DNA from: a bacterium | GTDB taxonomy: Bacteria > Patescibacteriota > Patescibacteriia > UBA2591 > DAOWAM01 | Direction of reading: 5' to 3' | DNA: 29,731 bases | NCBI GenBank assembly: GCA_030634585.1 | Contig: DAOWAM010000001.1 | Coordinates: 1-29,731, forward strand | In this document: piece by piece, positions 26,854 through 29,731 of the stretch | How the letters are laid out: each line of letters opens with the position of its first letter | Numbering within the stretch: the first letter of the stretch is position 1 | Program-made: the position numbers and the translations under genes | Notes under the pieces: model-generated | Database searches by the model: none | Told to the model about the DNA's origin: nothing | What the model saw: the letters and a program-made list of their open reading frames with translations, nothing else

Positions 26854-27441
26854 TTATCTTACCTTATTCTTTTTAGAAAGACTAAACAAACAACCACAAT
26901 ATTTTTGTCGGTGAAGTCCTAATTGATGTGATAGCACAATACTCCTTTGTTTAGCATCTTGTGGATTAACCGAAAATTGATAGAAATTTATTTTATATTG
27001 TTTAGTTAGCTCTTGACCAATTTGTTTTATTACTGAAACATTTTTATATAAACTGACACTTAGAGTACTAGAGAAATAATCAAAATGGTGTTGTTGCGCA
27101 TATTGTACGGTGGATCGCAAACGAATCTGAAAACAAACAGAACAACGTTCGCTATTTTCTAAATAACTTACCGGTGGGCGAGGTAAAGATTGTTGAATTT
27201 CTTTAAACCATTTTTCTGATTGATAATCCGGTATAATCAATGCTAATTGATAAAAATCCGCTATTTGCTTCATCGAGTCTAATCGCTGTTGATATTCTTC
27301 AATTGGTTGGATATTAGGATTAAAATAGTACAAAACCAATTGCTCTCGCTGAAACAATTGTTTTTTTAATAGATTTTCGACCAGTGGCGCCGTACAAGGC
27401 GCGCAACAACAATGAAGAAGTAATTTCATATTTCGCAACAA
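26854..27441 (-). CDS. queH: Epoxyqueuosine reductase QueH (ATG at 27429 also possible)
   Basis: KLLLHCCCAPC, FNPNIQP..EY..R, RC..CF..RL, STL.VS..K, RQKYCGCLFS. Confidence 0.92.
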   Translation of the reverse strand: MLRNMKLLLHCCCAPCTAPLVENLLKKQLFQREQLVLYYFNPNIQPIEEYQQRLDSMKQIADFYQLALIIPDYQSEKWFKEIQQSLPRPPVSYLENSERCSVCFQIRLRSTVQYAQQHHFDYFSSTLSVSLYKNVSVIKQIGQELTKQYKINFYQFSVNPQDAKQRSIVLSHQLGLHRQKYCGCLFSLSKKNKVR

Positions 27442-27461
27442 ATTAAAATAAATTATTTTTC

Positions 27462-28493
27462 TTAAATAATTAACATCGCGTCACCGAATGAATAGAACCG
27501 ATATTTGTGTTTAATTGCTTGTTGATAAGCTTGTTTAATCAATTTTTGCCCAGCAAAAGCCATTACCAACATCAATAAAGTAGATTTGGGCAGATGAAAA
27601 TTAGTAATTAATCCATCAATAAAACGAAATTGATAGCCGGGATAAATAAATAGGTCTATTTCATTTTGTTGTGGAGACAATTTTCCTTGTTGATCACTAA
27701 AAAACTCTAATACTCGGGTAGAAGTGGTTCCTACCGAAATTATTCGTTTATTCTGTTGTTTGGCTTGATTTAATCTTTGTGCTACTTGAGAAGTTAATTC
27801 CGCCCATTCGCTATGTATCTGATGTTGTTCAATTTCGTCTTCTCGTACTGGTTGAAAAGTGCCCAAGCCTACGTGTAAAGTAACAAATTGGGACTGAATT
27901 CTCTTCTTTTTCAATCGATTAAATAATTCTGGCGTAAAATGAAGACCGGCCGTTGGTGCGGCAACTGAACCATCCGTTTTAGCATAAATAGTCTGATAAT
28001 CAACTAAATTAGATAATTGCTTAATATAAGGGGGCGTAGGCGCAATACCAACCCGTCTAATTGCTTGATCTAGTGTTTTTCCTTGTAAATTAAAAGTTAC
28101 TTGCCATGCGCCTTTATCTAATTTTTTGCTTATTTGCGCTGTTAAATCTACTTTTTGATTAGAAAAAATCAATTTTTGACCATTTTTTCCTTGTTTTACT
28201 AATGCTGACCAATTTTGCTGATCAATTTGTCTTAATAACAAGACTTCCGCCTTTCCGCCAGTTTGTTTATGTCCAATCAAGCGCGCCGGAATAACTTTTG
28301 AATTATTTAGTACCAAAATATCATTGCTCGTTAAATATTTAGGTAAATGATAAAAAAAATCGTGTTGAATAGTCTGTGCTTGTCGATCAACAATCATTAA
28401 ACGAGAATGGTCCCGTGGTTTAATCGGCTGTTGAGCAATTAGTTCTTTTGGCAAATGATAATCAAATTTGTTTAATTTCATAATAATTGACAT
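27462..28493 (-). CDS. queA: S-adenosylmethionine:tRNA ribosyltransferase-isomerase (ATG at 28481 also possible)
   Basis: FDYHLP.ELIAQ.P, SRLM, PPYIK, YQTIYA, GSVAAPTAGLHFT, TLHVGLGTF, TNFHLPKSTL, YRFYSFGDAMLI. Confidence 0.97.
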   Translation of the reverse strand: MSIIMKLNKFDYHLPKELIAQQPIKPRDHSRLMIVDRQAQTIQHDFFYHLPKYLTSNDILVLNNSKVIPARLIGHKQTGGKAEVLLLRQIDQQNWSALVKQGKNGQKLIFSNQKVDLTAQISKKLDKGAWQVTFNLQGKTLDQAIRRVGIAPTPPYIKQLSNLVDYQTIYAKTDGSVAAPTAGLHFTPELFNRLKKKRIQSQFVTLHVGLGTFQPVREDEIEQHQIHSEWAELTSQVAQRLNQAKQQNKRIISVGTTSTRVLEFFSDQQGKLSPQQNEIDLFIYPGYQFRFIDGLITNFHLPKSTLLMLVMAFAGQKLIKQAYQQAIKHKYRFYSFGDAMLII

Positions 28494-28506
28494 TTGTTAT
28501 ATTCAT

Positions 28507-28535
28507 ATCATAATATTATTTATCTAATTAGACAA
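28507..28535 (-). promoter_or_regulatory. Putative promoter for queA-queH
   Basis: TTGTCT-17 nt-TATGAT on the minus strand. Confidence 0.45.
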
Positions 28536-28567
28536 ATAAATCTGTTCAAATTTGAACAGATTTATTT
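28534..28567. repeat. Perfect loopless 34-bp palindrome
   Basis: aaataaatctgttcaaa|tttgaacagatttattt. Confidence 0.93.
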
Positions 28568-28687
28568 AAAAACAAATTAGATTGTAAATAATAATTTTAA
28601 TTTTACTAATTTTTTAATATATCAGATTGATAAGTTCAATTATTTCAATTGTATATTTTGTATTATTTTTTGCTTTTAGGATTACTA

Positions 28688-28715
28688 TTGACACTTTCCG
28701 CGTCTATGCTATAAT
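28688..28715 (+). promoter_or_regulatory. Strong sigma70 promoter
   Basis: TTGACA-16 nt-TATAAT with extended -10 TG; AGGAGG at 28742-28747. Confidence 0.8.
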
Positions 28716-28752
28716 CTGTAATGTATTACTTAAAATTAAATAGGAGGTAGTT

Positions 28753-29076
28753 ATGCAAATCGTTTATTTACACAAAACAGAAAAAGCGGTGGCTATTAAA
28801 AAGATTGATAATTTCTTAATCGCTTTAATGCGTCGGGAATTTCCCAGCGGAGTAAAATTAAAAAACGCTCAAAAGCAATGGAACGGTGATAATATGACTT
28901 TTTCCTTTAAAGTTAAAAGGGGGGTTATAGGAACCAAGATATCGGGAAATATTTTGGTAACCGACAATACGGTGAAATTGACATTCAATCTCCCGGGATT
29001 GGTAAAAACTTTCGTTAGCGAGGAAAAAATAAAAAACGTCATTAACCAACAATTTGACGAGCTTTTCACCAGTTAA
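28753..29076 (+). CDS. Small protein resembling the polyhydroxyalkanoic-acid-system (PHA_gran_rgn) family
   Basis: WNGD.M.FSFK....ISG.I.VTD..V.L...LP..V..F pattern; has its own promoter, SD and terminator. Confidence 0.55.
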   Translation: MQIVYLHKTEKAVAIKKIDNFLIALMRREFPSGVKLKNAQKQWNGDNMTFSFKVKRGVIGTKISGNILVTDNTVKLTFNLPGLVKTFVSEEKIKNVINQQFDELFTS

Positions 29077-29102
29077 CTTTTTCTATTTTGTAAAGCGAAT
29101 CC

Positions 29103-29140
29103 ACAGGGACTAACAAAGAATTAGTCCCTGTTTTATTTTT
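29103..29140 (+). terminator. Intrinsic terminator
   Basis: acagggactaa / ttagtccctgt stem, then tttattttt. Confidence 0.8.
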
Positions 29141-29154
29141 TTAAAAAATAAAAT

Positions 29155-29179
29155 CCAGTTTTATTTTTAATAAAACTGG
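29155..29179 (-). terminator. Possible terminator for the tRNA/ORF transcript
   Basis: ccagttttatt / aataaaactgg stem with a minus-strand T-tract. Confidence 0.5.
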
Positions 29180-29203
29180 TCTACTAATATTAACTGTCAA
29201 AAA

Positions 29204-29602
29204 TTAGATATTATTTATATTGCCGTTCAAAATAACTGGTTGCATTAATTTAATTTCGTCAGTATATCTCATTTGTGGAATAGCATTAAGTAAAAATATT
29301 TTTTTACGTAAAACATGCGCGAAAGCCATTTCTATTAAACCATTGCCTCCTATATAATTCTTGGTATTATTTTTATCTTTGTTAATTACTAAAATTGCAT
29401 CTGCCTTTTTAATTTCTTCAAAATATCTTCGAATTACATCCTGCTTTATTTTTTCCCACTTATCCTTAGTATCAATAATTCCCTTGGCGAATTTGTCCGC
29501 GCCAGCAGGAATAATTACTATATGTTTTCGCGCTTCGAGTTTATTTTTTAATTCGAGCATCTCTTTAAAAAAAGATATGCTCCCAGAAATAGCAATTTTC
29601 AT
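29204..29602 (-). CDS. Hypothetical protein, nucleoside 2-deoxyribosyltransferase-like fold (true start ATG 29602)
   Basis: MKIAISGS, I..ADAILVIN, IG.N.LIEMAFA..L.K.IFLL; the longer ORF in the track runs through the tRNA. Confidence 0.55.
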   Translation of the reverse strand: MKIAISGSISFFKEMLELKNKLEARKHIVIIPAGADKFAKGIIDTKDKWEKIKQDVIRRYFEEIKKADAILVINKDKNNTKNYIGGNGLIEMAFAHVLRKKIFLLNAIPQMRYTDEIKLMQPVILNGNINNI

Positions 29603-29615
29603 ATTATTAATTAAT

Positions 29616-29689
29616 TGGTGGACCCAGGGGGAGTCGAACCCCCGATTCCTCCATGCCATGGAGGTGTTTTACCACTATACTATGGGCCC
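29616..29689 (-). tRNA. tRNA-Ala(GGC), CCA encoded
   Basis: Cloverleaf GGGCCCA...TGGGTCC ACCA with G3:U70, anticodon stem CCTCC/GGAGG, loop ATGGCAT (A32-U38 typical of Ala-GGC), TTCGA T-loop. Confidence 0.96.
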
Positions 29690-29731
29690 CTTTAAATTAT
29701 TATGAACTCCTAAACAAACTATAAAATAGAA

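Noticed and set aside
28494-28600. preQ1 riboswitch upstream of queA
   Set aside because: Leader is too short and lacks the AGAGGUUCUAG...CCCUC pattern
29616-29640. attL/attR duplication of the tRNA 3' end marking an integrated element
   Set aside because: No second copy of the tRNA 3' end and no integrase seen in the window
29603-29659. N-terminal extension of the 151-aa ORF
   Set aside because: It is a reading through the tRNA-Ala gene
1165-29705. Short antisense/overlapping ORFs in the track (1165-1356, 2086-2301, 3520-3738, 8823-9050, 9897-10079, 17676-17987, 18954-19154, 22516-22734, 23069-23257, 23082-23318, 23420-23620, 24384-24602, 28858-29052, 28869-29069, 29361-29705)
   Set aside because: They lie opposite or within well-supported genes, with no motifs or RBS; shadow ORFs
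1-29731. CRISPR array, rRNA, intact IS/transposase
   Set aside because: No regularly spaced repeats, rRNA-like segments or transposase ORFs seen

Overview
AT-rich bacterial chromosome segment, most likely Patescibacteria/CPR (Parcubacteria-like). This taxonomy is inferred from gene content: tandem VirB2/TrbC-like pilins, a short SMC, and SD-less core genes. Order: nusB-rnc-[small HNH-like insert]-smc (764 aa, no recognisable hinge); a minus-strand alpha-glucan/glycogen cluster (GalT-like, glgA, PHP hydrolase, APH-like kinase, two GH57, second glgA, GH15); a ruvC pseudogene with several lesions; yebC; PGI/PMI; four pilin-like genes plus an orphan sugar-binding lipoprotein and galU; a self-contained divergent cassette encoding a gluzincin/beta-propeller/Omp85-like barrel protein and a secreted trypsin-like protease; a stand-alone LAGLIDADG gene lacking its catalytic acid, next to a ~640 bp AT-rich gap holding a perfect parS palindrome; queH-queA; two small genes; tRNA-Ala(GGC). 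Best candidates for novel biology: (1) the outer-membrane-type Omp85-like fusion in a lineage thought to lack an outer membrane, (2) the hinge-less mini-SMC with a parS nearby, (3) a glucan pathway with no glgC/glgB/glgP in the window. All family calls come from motif recognition by eye; no database searches were run.
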